A stretch of 64,000 bases of DNA, taken from positions 258 to 64,257 of the forward strand of contig CAYLYH010000008.1 in assembly GCA_964388155.1 (NCBI GenBank). The letters run 5' to 3'. Every line of letters begins with the position of its first letter. Within the stretch, counting starts at the first letter, position 1. A program made the translations under genes and the position numbers. Under the pieces are notes generated by a model, which did not search any database, had not been told where the DNA came from, and saw only the letters and a program-made list of their open reading frames with translations. This document shows, one piece after another, positions 41,603 to 51,718 of this stretch. The stretch comes from an uncultured bacterium (GTDB lineage Bacteria > Fidelibacterota > Marinisomatia > Marinisomatales > JACNKV01).

Positions 41603-42463
41603 ATGATTAAAAGCATGACAGGATATGGTCGATGTACGGCTGTAAAAAAATCGACACAAGTCACACTGAGAATTCGATCGGTAAATTCACGGTTTCTGGA
41701 TTTGAAAGTTCGTGGGATTGAACTGGATCCTGAGTTGGATATGAAAATTCGTGAAACCGTTACTCACAAGCTGAAACGGGGAAGTATTCATCTACATATT
41801 GATGCGGGAAACAGCTCCAATAAGGAATCATTGGTTTTCAATCGAGCTAGGTTTGAGACCATTGAGAAGAGCTTGTTGCACATTCAAAAAGAATATGGGC
41901 GTCACATTGATATGAGCGATATCGTATCATTAAAAGATATTTTCACAGAAAATAACGCAGGGACTATGGATACTTCCATCGTTCTAACAGCCTTGGATAA
42001 GGCATTGAAACAAACTCAGGAAATGCGTGTGACAGAGGGAGAAAAGCTCCAAAAAGATATGATGGAGAGGTGTTCCATCTTGGAGGATATACTTCATAAA
42101 CTTGAAATTGGAATGCGCGACTCCGCTCATGAGCGAAAAGTATCCTACAGTGAAAAAATACAAGAGTTAATAGGGGCAACTCAGTTAGATGAGAATCGAT
42201 TAATGCAAGAATTAGCCATTTTGGCTGAACGGGCAGATGTTACAGAAGAAATTGTTCGCAGTCGAAGTCATATCGAACAATTCCAGTCATTCTTACACAG
42301 TGAGGAGCCCGTTGGAAAACGACTGAATTTCCTTTTACAGGAAATGTCCAGGGAAGTAAATACCATCGGATCAAAAAATGTAAACTCCAAAATAACCGGG
42401 TTTGTTATTGAGTTGAAAAGTGAAGTTGAAAAACTTCGTGAACAAGTGCAAAACGTATTGTGA
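41603..42463 (+). CDS. yicC: YicC/YloC family endoribonuclease
   Basis: SMTGYG, SVNSRFLD, DVTEEIVR, GKRLNFLLQEM.RE.NTIGSK, REQVQNV. Confidence 0.93.
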   Translation: MIKSMTGYGRCTAVKKSTQVTLRIRSVNSRFLDLKVRGIELDPELDMKIRETVTHKLKRGSIHLHIDAGNSSNKESLVFNRARFETIEKSLLHIQKEYGRHIDMSDIVSLKDIFTENNAGTMDTSIVLTALDKALKQTQEMRVTEGEKLQKDMMERCSILEDILHKLEIGMRDSAHERKVSYSEKIQELIGATQLDENRLMQELAILAERADVTEEIVRSRSHIEQFQSFLHSEEPVGKRLNFLLQEMSREVNTIGSKNVNSKITGFVIELKSEVEKLREQVQNVL

Positions 42464-43038
42464 GCAAGAACCTCATCGCAATCTCTGCTCCGTCCGGTAC
42501 GGGCAAAACAACGCTTTGCCGTTCATTACAGAAGCTGGATGCTTCTTTGAACTTTTCTGTTTCATGCACGACCCGACCGAAACGGCAGTATGAAAAAGAG
42601 GGCTTTGATTATTCATTTATCTCAGAGGAAGATTTTAGAAATAAAATAACCCTTCATGAATTTATTGAATATGAAGAAGTGCACGGATATTTGTACGGGA
42701 CGTTAAAAAGCAGTTTGGATGATGCGATTAAGCATGATCAATTATTACTGCTGGAAGTTGATGTGCGTGGTGCAATGACAATCAAAGCGTTGTATCCGGA
42801 ACATTCGCTCTCCGTATTTATATTACCACCAAGTCTGGGAGATTTACAGAAACGCCTGGAATCACGCGGGACGGACTCTGAGAAAAGGATCCAAAAACGT
42901 TTGGAACGTTTGGAACTAGAAATGGGATATAAAGAACGGTTCGATTATTCAATTATTAACGACGAAATAGAAATAGCAACAATAGAATTACACCAACTTA
43001 TTAATAAAGTAAGCAAAGGAGAAATCAATGGGACTTGA
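42460..43038 (+). CDS. gmk: Guanylate kinase
   Basis: SAPSGTGKTT, SCTTRPKR, YGT, ILPPS. Confidence 0.96.
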   Translation: MSKNLIAISAPSGTGKTTLCRSLQKLDASLNFSVSCTTRPKRQYEKEGFDYSFISEEDFRNKITLHEFIEYEEVHGYLYGTLKSSLDDAIKHDQLLLLEVDVRGAMTIKALYPEHSLSVFILPPSLGDLQKRLESRGTDSEKRIQKRLERLELEMGYKERFDYSIINDEIEIATIELHQLINKVSKGEINGT

Positions 43039-43306
43039 ACCCTTATCCATTCGCCAAATGGAATCTCAAACAGAGGATGTGTTTGAAGCCGTAACTGTGA
43101 TGGCTCAGCGAGCCCGACAGGTCATGCAGGACAGATTCTTGGATCAAGCCATGAAAGAAGGGCTTGAAAGTGAATACGAAGTCTATGATGAAGTTGAGGA
43201 ACTGACCCCCGAGAACTATGAAGAAAAGGACAAAGTAACAACAGTAGCTTCAGACGAGTTTATGACTGGTGATTTAGTCTGGAAAAACGCATTAGAAGAA
43301 GAGTAG
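43028..43306 (+). CDS. rpoZ: RNA polymerase subunit omega
   Basis: VFEAVTVMAQRARQ motif; position after gmk. Confidence 0.82.
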   Translation: MGLEPLSIRQMESQTEDVFEAVTVMAQRARQVMQDRFLDQAMKEGLESEYEVYDEVEELTPENYEEKDKVTTVASDEFMTGDLVWKNALEEE

Positions 43307-43316
43307 TACCGGTACA

Positions 43317-44015
43317 ATGAGTTCGGAATCATCTGAAGATTTATTTCGGTACTTAGAACAAACCCGAGAATTGTTTGGGGATGAATTGTATCACCGTCCA
43401 CCGGATGCATTTGTTTCAGACTCCGGTGATCAGTCTTCTAAATCGGATCAATATACCTCAGCAGATTTAGACAAATATCGAGAAGAAATCCAATCATGCC
43501 AAAAGTGTTTACTGGGTGAAACACGACAGAAATTTGTGTTTGGAGTTGGAGATCCGCATGCAAACCTGATGCTAATTGGAGAAGCCCCCGGTGCAGAAGA
43601 AGATAAATTAGGAGAACCATTTGTCGGACGTGCGGGAAAACTACTTGATAAAATTCTTGCAGCGATAGATCGAAGTCGCGAAAAAGATGTCTTTATTTGT
43701 AATGTGCTAAAATGCCGCCCTCCAAAAAATAGAGATCCATTGCCGTCAGAAGTGGAGTTATGCGAATCCTATCTTATCCATCAAATACATTTGATAAAGC
43801 CAAAATTAATTGTAGCTTTAGGACGTGTCGCAGGAAAAACTTTATTAAAAGTAGAAGAACCCTTAAAAGCTATGCGTGGAAAACTACATGATTATCATGG
43901 TACTCCGTTCATCGTGACGTACCATCCGGCGGCTTTATTAAGAAATTCCGGGTTTAAACCTCCCACTTGGGAAGATTTTAAGTGGATTCGTTCTATTCTT
44001 GAAGGAGAACAATAG
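43317..44015 (+). CDS. Uracil-DNA glycosylase, family 4
   Basis: CQKC Fe-S motif, GEAPG, FVGRAG, KCRPP.NR, YHPAALLR. Confidence 0.94.
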   Translation: MSSESSEDLFRYLEQTRELFGDELYHRPPDAFVSDSGDQSSKSDQYTSADLDKYREEIQSCQKCLLGETRQKFVFGVGDPHANLMLIGEAPGAEEDKLGEPFVGRAGKLLDKILAAIDRSREKDVFICNVLKCRPPKNRDPLPSEVELCESYLIHQIHLIKPKLIVALGRVAGKTLLKVEEPLKAMRGKLHDYHGTPFIVTYHPAALLRNSGFKPPTWEDFKWIRSILEGEQ

Positions 44016-44017
44016 CT

Positions 44018-45388
44018 ATGGCTGATAGTCGTCAATCTCATTCGTTAAATGTACAACCTCAATCTATAGATGCTGAACAAGCAGTTTTGGGGTCTATGCT
44101 TTCTAACAAAGAAGCCGTTGCTCGAGTATTGCAATGGATTACGGCTGAACATTTTTATAAAGATGCCCACAGTCGAATATTTTCCATGATGATAAAATTG
44201 TTCAACGAGAGTGAGCCGGTAGATACAATCTCTGTCATTGATCGCTTAAAAAAGAATAAAGATTTAGAAACAGTAGGGGGAGCGTATTACATCACGGGGC
44301 TTGTTGAATCCGTCCCGACCGCCAGCAATGTAGAAAGTTATGCAAAGATTGTTCTTGAAAAAGCCCTCTTGCGAAAATTAATTCAACTGGCACATGATGT
44401 GTCTAAAGAAGCCTATGACGATCGTCAAGGTGTTGACGATATTTTGGATAAAGCTGAACGCTCTATTTTCAATATTACACAAAACCGATTAAAAGGCGGC
44501 TTTCGTCATATTGATTCTATTCTGCATGAATCGTTCGAGCAACTGGATAAAATCAGCGCGAAAAAGGGCTCGGTCATTGGTGTACCTTCCGGGCTGGTCG
44601 ATCTAGATGATAAAACAGCAGGTTTTCACGACGGAGATTTAATCATAGTCGCCGGTCGTCCGGGGATGGGAAAAACAGCACTGGCATTAACCATGGCAAG
44701 AAATGCTGCCGTTGATCATAATTATGGTGTGGGTATTTTCAGCTTGGAAATGGCAAATCATCAGTTAGCCATGAGACTATTATGTGCTGAAGCACGTGTG
44801 GACAGTCATGCTGTTCGGACAGGAAATTTAGCAAAAGATAAATGGAAAAACCTTAGCCTTCATGTTGGTGCCTTGGCGGAATCGTCCATATATTTAGACG
44901 ATACACCCGCAATTACGGTTCTGGAGCTCCGTGCGAAAGCACGTCGTTTAATGGCAGAACACGATAATGTTAAAATGATTGTTGTGGATTATTTACAGCT
45001 CATGCAGGGACCGAAAGGCGTCGAAAGCAGGCAACAGGAAATCTCAGTTATCACCCGTTCGTTGAAAGCATTGGCTAAGGATTTAAGTATTCCCATCGTC
45101 GCTTTGAGTCAGCTTTCCCGTGCAGTGGAAAACCGCGTAGATAAACGCCCTCAACTATCTGACCTTCGTGAAAGCGGCGCAATCGAACAAGATGCTGATG
45201 TTGTAGTATTTTTATACCGTCCTTGGGTTTATTCTCAAGAAGATGACGATCTCGGGAAAGCTCAAATCATCATTGCCAAACAGAGAAATGGTCCCACAGG
45301 TAATGTGGATGTTACCTTCTTTGATAGTTATGCTCGTTTTGAGAATATATCTATTTATGATGATTCAGAAACATCAACTCCTTTTTAA
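44018..45388 (+). CDS. dnaB: Replicative DNA helicase
   Basis: AEQAVLG, GRPGMGKT, DYLQLM, LSQLSR, SDLRESGAIEQDAD, KQRNGP; no intein. Confidence 0.98.
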   Translation: MADSRQSHSLNVQPQSIDAEQAVLGSMLSNKEAVARVLQWITAEHFYKDAHSRIFSMMIKLFNESEPVDTISVIDRLKKNKDLETVGGAYYITGLVESVPTASNVESYAKIVLEKALLRKLIQLAHDVSKEAYDDRQGVDDILDKAERSIFNITQNRLKGGFRHIDSILHESFEQLDKISAKKGSVIGVPSGLVDLDDKTAGFHDGDLIIVAGRPGMGKTALALTMARNAAVDHNYGVGIFSLEMANHQLAMRLLCAEARVDSHAVRTGNLAKDKWKNLSLHVGALAESSIYLDDTPAITVLELRAKARRLMAEHDNVKMIVVDYLQLMQGPKGVESRQQEISVITRSLKALAKDLSIPIVALSQLSRAVENRVDKRPQLSDLRESGAIEQDADVVVFLYRPWVYSQEDDDLGKAQIIIAKQRNGPTGNVDVTFFDSYARFENISIYDDSETSTPF

Positions 45389-47586
45389 TGCCAAACCCAC
45401 TGTCGAAACTTATTCCCCATTTGGTCGGGGAATACCCCCGCTCATTTCTAAATCTTTTCGACAAGATTGTAACGATCAGCGATCAAAATCACGATGAACT
45501 AAAAAAAACAATTTGGTCTGCTTTTGCCTTAGCAAGCACACACCATGAAGGACAAAAACGCCGCTCCGGGAAATCTTATTTTGAAGAACATTGCCTTGAA
45601 GTAGCGAATATTCTTGCAAGCTGGAAAATGGATCACATCACTGTTATGGGGGGGTTGCTTCATGACGTGATTGAAGATACAGATATTACATATATAGATT
45701 TAGAGAAACAATTTGGTACCGATATTGCGAAATTAGTAGATGGTGTGACAAAACTAGGTGGGATTGATTTCTCCAGCCGCAAGGAAAAGCAAGCGGGGAA
45801 TTTTATGAAACTCCTCTTGTCGGTTGCGAAAGACTTACGGGTTATTATTATTAAATTTGCTGATCGATTGCATAACATGAGCACAATCAAGTATATGCCA
45901 AAAATTAAACAGCATCGTATTGCGATAGAAACAAGAGATGTGTATGTCCCACTTGCACATCGATTGGGAATGGCTTCGGTCAAATGGCAATTGGAAGATC
46001 TTGTCCTGACAACACTAAATCCTGTTGTCTTCAAAGAGATTGATACAAAATTAAAAGCTACTAATCGGCAACGAAAAAAATATATTAACGGAATTATTTC
46101 TCCCGTGACGGAAGAGTTATCCGGGTATGACATTACTGCTGATATCTCCGGAAGACCAAAATCTCATGCATCCATCTATGGGAAAATGGTGAAACGGGGA
46201 AAAACTTTTGAAGAAATTTATGATTTGTATGCCATACGAATTATCGTTGATAAAATAGAACAGTGCTATTTAACACTGGGGATAATTCATAATCTGTATT
46301 CTCCTATTCAGGAAAGATTTAAGGATTTTATCGCCTCTCCAAAGTCCAATGGATATCAATCTATTCACACCACAGTTGTCGGACGTGACGGGCATATGGT
46401 TGAGATACAAATTCGCACGCAAGAGATGGAGCAAACTGCCGAGATTGGTGTCGCCGCGCATTGGAGATATAAAGAAGGGAAGACAACATCGCGCGACTTA
46501 GATGCAAATGTCAAATGGTTAAGAGAGCTTGTCACAATGCTGCAGGATGAGTCCTCAGATCCGAATGAATTCATGCACCTTCTTAAAATTGATTTGTTTG
46601 ATAATGAAATATTTGTCTTTTCACCCAAAGGAGATTTAAGCCAATTACCGGTAAATGCCACTCCCTTAGATTTTGCGTTCCAGATTCATACTCAGGTCGG
46701 GATGCATTGTATGGGCGCAAAGATTAATCATAAAGTAGTACCGTTAAATACCGTTCTAAAAAATGGAGACGTGGTCGAAATTATTACCAGTAAAAACCAA
46801 AACCCAAGTTTTGGTTGGCTAAAGTTAGCCGTTACAACAAAAGCAAGAAACCATATAAATCGCTATCTTCGAAAAATTCGCCAAGAAGAAAGTTATAAGC
46901 TTGGCGTAGAGATTTTACAGAAAACGTTGCGACGATTAAAATCCTACGAAATGCTGAAAGAGATTAAGGAGTCTTTCCATAAGTTCGGACTAAACTCTAC
47001 AGATGCACTGATGGCAGCTATCGGTAATGGGAATTTAACCGTCAGAGATATTTTCAAAAAACTTCGTCCGACAGAAGACCCTGAATTGCCAATTGCTGAA
47101 GATGAAGACCAAAACAGTTTTTTTGATTTTGCCAGATCATCATCGAAAGGGATTAAACTTCAAGGGATTACAGATTTAATGGTAAACTTTGGCAAGTGTT
47201 GTAATCCGATTCCGGGAGACGATATGATTGGCTTTGTGACTCGCGGACGGGGAATTACAGTTCACAGAACTTCATGCAATAGTTTGCCGTTGTTAAGCGA
47301 AGAGTCTGATCGATTAATTCCCGTAGAGTGGGATGTTAGTAAAAAAGATCTTTTCAGTGTGTTAATCAGAGTCGTGGGTGGAGAACGCAAAGGAATATTA
47401 AAAGATGTGACAGAATGTATTTCTGCCGAGAAAATGAATATTAAAAGTGTAGACATGAAGGTGCACGACAATATCGCCATCGGAAATATTATCGTTCAGG
47501 TGAATAATCTCCGGCAATTAGATCGACTCGTTAAGAAACTCACGAAGATACGAGGAATTGATTACGTTGAACGAGTCGGCCGTTAA
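45388..47586 (+). CDS. relA: Bifunctional (p)ppGpp synthetase/hydrolase
   Basis: LHDVIED HD motif, KDFIASPKSNGYQSIHT, TGS and ACT domains. Confidence 0.95.
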   Translation: MPNPLSKLIPHLVGEYPRSFLNLFDKIVTISDQNHDELKKTIWSAFALASTHHEGQKRRSGKSYFEEHCLEVANILASWKMDHITVMGGLLHDVIEDTDITYIDLEKQFGTDIAKLVDGVTKLGGIDFSSRKEKQAGNFMKLLLSVAKDLRVIIIKFADRLHNMSTIKYMPKIKQHRIAIETRDVYVPLAHRLGMASVKWQLEDLVLTTLNPVVFKEIDTKLKATNRQRKKYINGIISPVTEELSGYDITADISGRPKSHASIYGKMVKRGKTFEEIYDLYAIRIIVDKIEQCYLTLGIIHNLYSPIQERFKDFIASPKSNGYQSIHTTVVGRDGHMVEIQIRTQEMEQTAEIGVAAHWRYKEGKTTSRDLDANVKWLRELVTMLQDESSDPNEFMHLLKIDLFDNEIFVFSPKGDLSQLPVNATPLDFAFQIHTQVGMHCMGAKINHKVVPLNTVLKNGDVVEIITSKNQNPSFGWLKLAVTTKARNHINRYLRKIRQEESYKLGVEILQKTLRRLKSYEMLKEIKESFHKFGLNSTDALMAAIGNGNLTVRDIFKKLRPTEDPELPIAEDEDQNSFFDFARSSSKGIKLQGITDLMVNFGKCCNPIPGDDMIGFVTRGRGITVHRTSCNSLPLLSEESDRLIPVEWDVSKKDLFSVLIRVVGGERKGILKDVTECISAEKMNIKSVDMKVHDNIAIGNIIVQVNNLRQLDRLVKKLTKIRGIDYVERVGR

Positions 47587-47996
47587 TGGGTAGAATTCTT
47601 GGAATTGACCACGGTGATACGCGCTGTGGTCTAGCGTTGTCAGACCCTCTTCACATTATCGCATCACCTTTCACAACTTTACGTGTACAATCTGAAAAAC
47701 AGATCATAGAGGATATTAAAAAAGTGATTATTAAAAATGATGTAGAATCCGCTGTTGTTGGACTTCCTATCGGGATGAAAGGACAGGAGACGAAACAAAC
47801 AAAACATGTTCGGGCATTTGCTCAGTCCCTGCAGAATGAAGGAATTATAGTATATTTAGAAGATGAACGACTCACATCTGTCAGTGCAAAGCGATCTCTG
47901 ATAGAGCAAAATATCCGTACCGGGCAAAACAAGCATCGAGTTGATCAGACTGCCGCGGCCATTTTGTTGCAGCAATTCTTGGACAAAGCCATTTAA
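47586..47996 (+). CDS. ruvX: RuvX/YqgF (pre-16S rRNA nuclease)
   Basis: LGIDHG..RCGLALSD, VVGLP, EDERLTS, VDQTAAAILLQ. Confidence 0.93.
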   Translation: MGRILGIDHGDTRCGLALSDPLHIIASPFTTLRVQSEKQIIEDIKKVIIKNDVESAVVGLPIGMKGQETKQTKHVRAFAQSLQNEGIIVYLEDERLTSVSAKRSLIEQNIRTGQNKHRVDQTAAAILLQQFLDKAI

Positions 47997-47999
47997 TTT

Positions 48000-48027
48000 A
48001 AGATTGAAGAATTAAGATTGAAGATTG
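48000..48027 (+). repeat. Heptamer tract AAGATTG x4 (one variant)
   Basis: AAGATTG AAGAATT AAGATTG AAGATTG just after the ruvX stop; shorter copy near 60961. Confidence 0.75.
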
Positions 48028-48061
48028 AGAGTAATGAAAATGCTCAAACACCGTATCTAAC

Positions 48062-49609
48062 TTGAACATTCAACAAATAACTAAATGGAAATTAGCAATT
48101 CTGACAGGAGTGTTAGTTGGACTCTCTTATCCACCTTTACATTTAGGATTTTTCGTGTGGATAGGATTTATCCCGCTCATTCATGTTCTTTTGAATTCGA
48201 AAGTTAGTTCAGCCGCAAAATACGGGTTCTTATCGTCCATCACCGCGAATTTTATTTCTCTTTATTGGATTGGTTTTAATAGTGGCGCAGGATTTTGGGT
48301 TGTGTTTGCATCCTTAGTGGCTGCCGTATTGTATTTAGGAGTATTTTGGGCAGGGATGAGTGCACTCCTCGCGCGTTTTCATCTTAAGACAGGTAAAGGA
48401 ATAATTCTGATTCCCTTTTTATGGGTAGCCATGGAATGGCTGAGAAGCATGGGGAGTCTTGGATTTCCGTGGATTACTCTTGCTCTAACTCAAACTCAAT
48501 TTTTGCCGTTGATTCAACTTGCAGAGATTACCGGAACCTATGGTGTCTCTTTTTGGATAATGATGCTGAATATAGGTGGCTATTTAACCCTGACATCAAA
48601 ACAGCGGATGAAACCGGCTATCTTAACATTCGGATTATTTTGGATTATATGGATTTCCGGAGTCTTGCGGATATCCGATTTTGACGTGAAACAGAATGAA
48701 AAAGACTTTACTGTTTCTGTTGTGCAGCCAAATATTGATCCGAATGAAAAATGGGAGAGAGAGCATCGGCTTGAAACATTTTCCACGATGCATTCTTTGC
48801 TTGATACGGCACTGATAGACACCCCGAATCTTGTCCTCTGGCCGGAAACTGCTCTTCCTGCCTATTTAAGATTATCCTGGACTGCGCGAAAACCACTGCT
48901 AAAGCGCCTAAAACTATATGGCGTTCCTTTACTGTCCGGTACCATGGATGTCAAACGAGATTCTATTGGAGAGAGACGGTATTATAATGCAAGTATTTTA
49001 CTCAACTCAGATGGCACCCACAAAATGTATTACAAAGTTCAGCTTGTGCCGTTTGCGGAATACATTCCGTTATCGGGACAATTTCCATCACTAAAAAAAT
49101 TGAACTTCGGACAAGGAAACTTTAATCACGGAGATGAATTTACTGTGTTTGAGGTGGACTCTGTATTCTTTTCCAATGTAATTTGTTACGAATCGAGTCT
49201 TCCTCAGTTGGTAAGAAAGTTTGTAAAAAAAGGCGCAAGGTTGATGACCATTCAGGCAAATGACGGGTGGCTGGGAAATACATCAGGACCCTATCAGCAT
49301 TTTGAATTGGCAAGATTGAGAGCTGTGGAAAACAGAGTGCCGGTGATACGTAGTGCGAATACAGGTATTTCAGGTATTATCCTATCATCAGGCCGGGTGA
49401 AAAACAAAATCCCGGTGTATGGACGTACGGTGATAACAGAGACAATATCTATTCCGGAAGGTCCAAGCTTTTATGCGGTAAACGGTGATAAATTCGCAAT
49501 GCTTTCTGTGATTATCTCACTTCTGATGATGGGAGTATTCCCGATGACAGACCGATTATCAAAGGAACAAACGTTCACACATTCACGTAACGACATACAA
49601 CGCTCATGA
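48062..49609 (+). CDS. lnt: Apolipoprotein N-acyltransferase
   Basis: GFPW, QPNID, WPETA, KVQLVPFAEYIP, ICYES, RSANTGISG; TTG start. Confidence 0.95.
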   Translation: MNIQQITKWKLAILTGVLVGLSYPPLHLGFFVWIGFIPLIHVLLNSKVSSAAKYGFLSSITANFISLYWIGFNSGAGFWVVFASLVAAVLYLGVFWAGMSALLARFHLKTGKGIILIPFLWVAMEWLRSMGSLGFPWITLALTQTQFLPLIQLAEITGTYGVSFWIMMLNIGGYLTLTSKQRMKPAILTFGLFWIIWISGVLRISDFDVKQNEKDFTVSVVQPNIDPNEKWEREHRLETFSTMHSLLDTALIDTPNLVLWPETALPAYLRLSWTARKPLLKRLKLYGVPLLSGTMDVKRDSIGERRYYNASILLNSDGTHKMYYKVQLVPFAEYIPLSGQFPSLKKLNFGQGNFNHGDEFTVFEVDSVFFSNVICYESSLPQLVRKFVKKGARLMTIQANDGWLGNTSGPYQHFELARLRAVENRVPVIRSANTGISGIILSSGRVKNKIPVYGRTVITETISIPEGPSFYAVNGDKFAMLSVIISLLMMGVFPMTDRLSKEQTFTHSRNDIQRS

Positions 49610-50244
49610 AAAAAATAATCCTAAGAACAATTTTCGTTATCTCAATATTTCCTCTCACGTTGCTGGGTGAGGATGTAGCAAAATATCCTATTTTGAAATC
49701 CTTTATTATCCCGGGAACAGGTGAAGCTTCCATTGGATATTCTGTGCGCGGACGAACTTTTATCATGGCTGAAGCAACGCTATGGTTGTCTGCTGTGGGG
49801 AGCTTCTTAATCTCCAACATGGAAGAAAATAAATACATTGCCTATGCCGCCGAGCATGGCGGTGTGAACATCCAAAGCAAAGACAGACTCTTTTGGATTG
49901 ACATCGGAAATTATGAGTCAAGAGATGACTTTATTCAGGAACATCTGCGGTTTCGTGATTATCCTGCTGTGAACCGATATCGTGTCGATGAAGATTCGGA
50001 TCCATGGGATTGGCAGTGGGATACGTCCAAGCATCGGGAGCGTTTTGAATCCATGCGAATTTCCAGCGATACATGGGCGCTCACAGGGCAGTTTCTTATC
50101 GGCGGGATTATTTTGAACCATGTGATTTCGGCCATTGATGTCATGTACTTAAAACGAATGGATGCGATTGGAAACGTGTCTGTTGCTCCAACGTATCATC
50201 CGGAAAACCGGACATTTTCTTTTTCTCTCATCGTGGATTTTTAA
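49606..50244 (+). CDS. Hypothetical exported/membrane protein
   Basis: Signal peptide; SFIIPGTGE, WDWQWD, NHVISAID; overlaps lnt. Confidence 0.75.
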   Translation: MKKIILRTIFVISIFPLTLLGEDVAKYPILKSFIIPGTGEASIGYSVRGRTFIMAEATLWLSAVGSFLISNMEENKYIAYAAEHGGVNIQSKDRLFWIDIGNYESRDDFIQEHLRFRDYPAVNRYRVDEDSDPWDWQWDTSKHRERFESMRISSDTWALTGQFLIGGIILNHVISAIDVMYLKRMDAIGNVSVAPTYHPENRTFSFSLIVDF

Positions 50245-50262
50245 CTATAGGATTTGTCAACA

Positions 50263-50991
50263 ATGCAGTTGAATCCAATTGTCATTTTGCAGTTCATACT
50301 GGGAGTATCGATTTTGGTGATGCTGAGTCCGTCCGGTTCGGTATTGGCAGGATACACACTGACACTCTTGCTTGTCTTATCAGCATTAAATAAACAGAAC
50401 ATTCGATCTATTTTTAAGCGAATCAAACCGTATTTGACTTTCATTCCGATTGTCGGACTAATATATTTCGGAATGTCCGATTGGCTCACAAATGATTCCT
50501 ATAAAGAAATATTTTACAATGCAGTATTCTCCATCGGAAAACTCTTGGTGTTAGTCTCAATCATGTCTGTTTACCTGGAACAATCATCGAAAAATGACAT
50601 CATGGAAGCGTTCAGAAGTTTGTGGGTAAAAACTCGTCTCCCATGGAAGCGTGTGGATAATATGTTCCTCTTTGTTGAACTGATTTTACGGTTTTTCCCA
50701 GCGATACAACATGAGTGGAATTCAATATTGCGTTCACGCAGGGCTTTGGGTTTATCAACGGGGAAAACAAAATGGGAATCCGCGAGATATATGATTGTTC
50801 ATTTACCAGGCGTCATAATACAGAATTATCGAAAGGCAGAGGAGACGGCAAATGTCATGATGATGCGTGGATACGGAAAGCAAATCCCCCGTGGCATGGC
50901 TTTTCCGGTAAACTTTACCTTGAGAGACGGATCACTCATGATGATAGTTACTGTTTTCCTTTTCGGAGTACATTCCATTGCCTCGATTTAA
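50263..50991 (+). CDS. ECF transporter transmembrane component T (CbiQ/EcfT)
   Basis: TM helices, LRFFP, RALG and MMRGY Arg motifs. Confidence 0.8.
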   Translation: MQLNPIVILQFILGVSILVMLSPSGSVLAGYTLTLLLVLSALNKQNIRSIFKRIKPYLTFIPIVGLIYFGMSDWLTNDSYKEIFYNAVFSIGKLLVLVSIMSVYLEQSSKNDIMEAFRSLWVKTRLPWKRVDNMFLFVELILRFFPAIQHEWNSILRSRRALGLSTGKTKWESARYMIVHLPGVIIQNYRKAEETANVMMMRGYGKQIPRGMAFPVNFTLRDGSLMMIVTVFLFGVHSIASI

Positions 50992-51718
50992 AATCACATT
51001 ACAATATGACGGAGCGGACTATTTTGGGTGGCAAATGCAAGCGTCTGAACGTACAGTTCAAGGAGAAGTAGAAGCGTGTATCGCTCCATTTAACGACAAT
51101 AATAGGGTAAAAGTTATCGGAGCGGGGAGAACCGATACCGGTGTTCATGCCTGGGGGCAGGTTGCACATTTTGATCTGAAAACCGAGCTGGATACCTGTA
51201 CATTAACAGATGCATTTAACGCACGATTACCTAATGATATTTATGTCACGGATTTACGTGTCGTCCCTGGTGATTTTCACGCACGGTATTCTGCAAAAGT
51301 CCGCCACTACCGATATCAGTGTTTAATGTCCGTAGATATTTTGATGCGAAATCAAACGTGGATCATCGATGATCTGTCTGTTGACCACCTGCAGCAATGT
51401 GTAGAATTAATCAAAGGAGAACATGATTTCAAGTCTTTTTGTAAAAGCAATCCTGAGGTTAATCACACAAGGTGCATCATCTATCATACTGCATGGATAA
51501 ATGATGAGAAAATGTTAACTTTCCGTATATCCGGGAACCGATTCTTACATCATATGGTCAGGTATCTGGTCGGATCGATGGTTGCCGTTGCGCAACGTCG
51601 GTTATCCCTGGAGGAATTTAAAATGCTACTGAATCAACCAAATAAAAACGTCCATATTTTTAAAGCACCGGCTCAGGGCTTGATTTTGGAAAAAGTCGAT
51701 TATGATGAAATTACATAA
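50978..51718 (+). CDS. truA: tRNA pseudouridine(38-40) synthase
   Basis: YDGADYFGWQ, GAGRTDTGVHA, FHARY, FLHHMVR, APAQGL. Confidence 0.96.
   Translation: MPRFKITLQYDGADYFGWQMQASERTVQGEVEACIAPFNDNNRVKVIGAGRTDTGVHAWGQVAHFDLKTELDTCTLTDAFNARLPNDIYVTDLRVVPGDFHARYSAKVRHYRYQCLMSVDILMRNQTWIIDDLSVDHLQQCVELIKGEHDFKSFCKSNPEVNHTRCIIYHTAWINDEKMLTFRISGNRFLHHMVRYLVGSMVAVAQRRLSLEEFKMLLNQPNKNVHIFKAPAQGLILEKVDYDEIT

Noticed and set aside
43307-43316. Absence of coaBC after rpoZ; meaB without an adjacent mutase
   Set aside because: Simple gene-order differences that cannot be judged without the rest of the genome.
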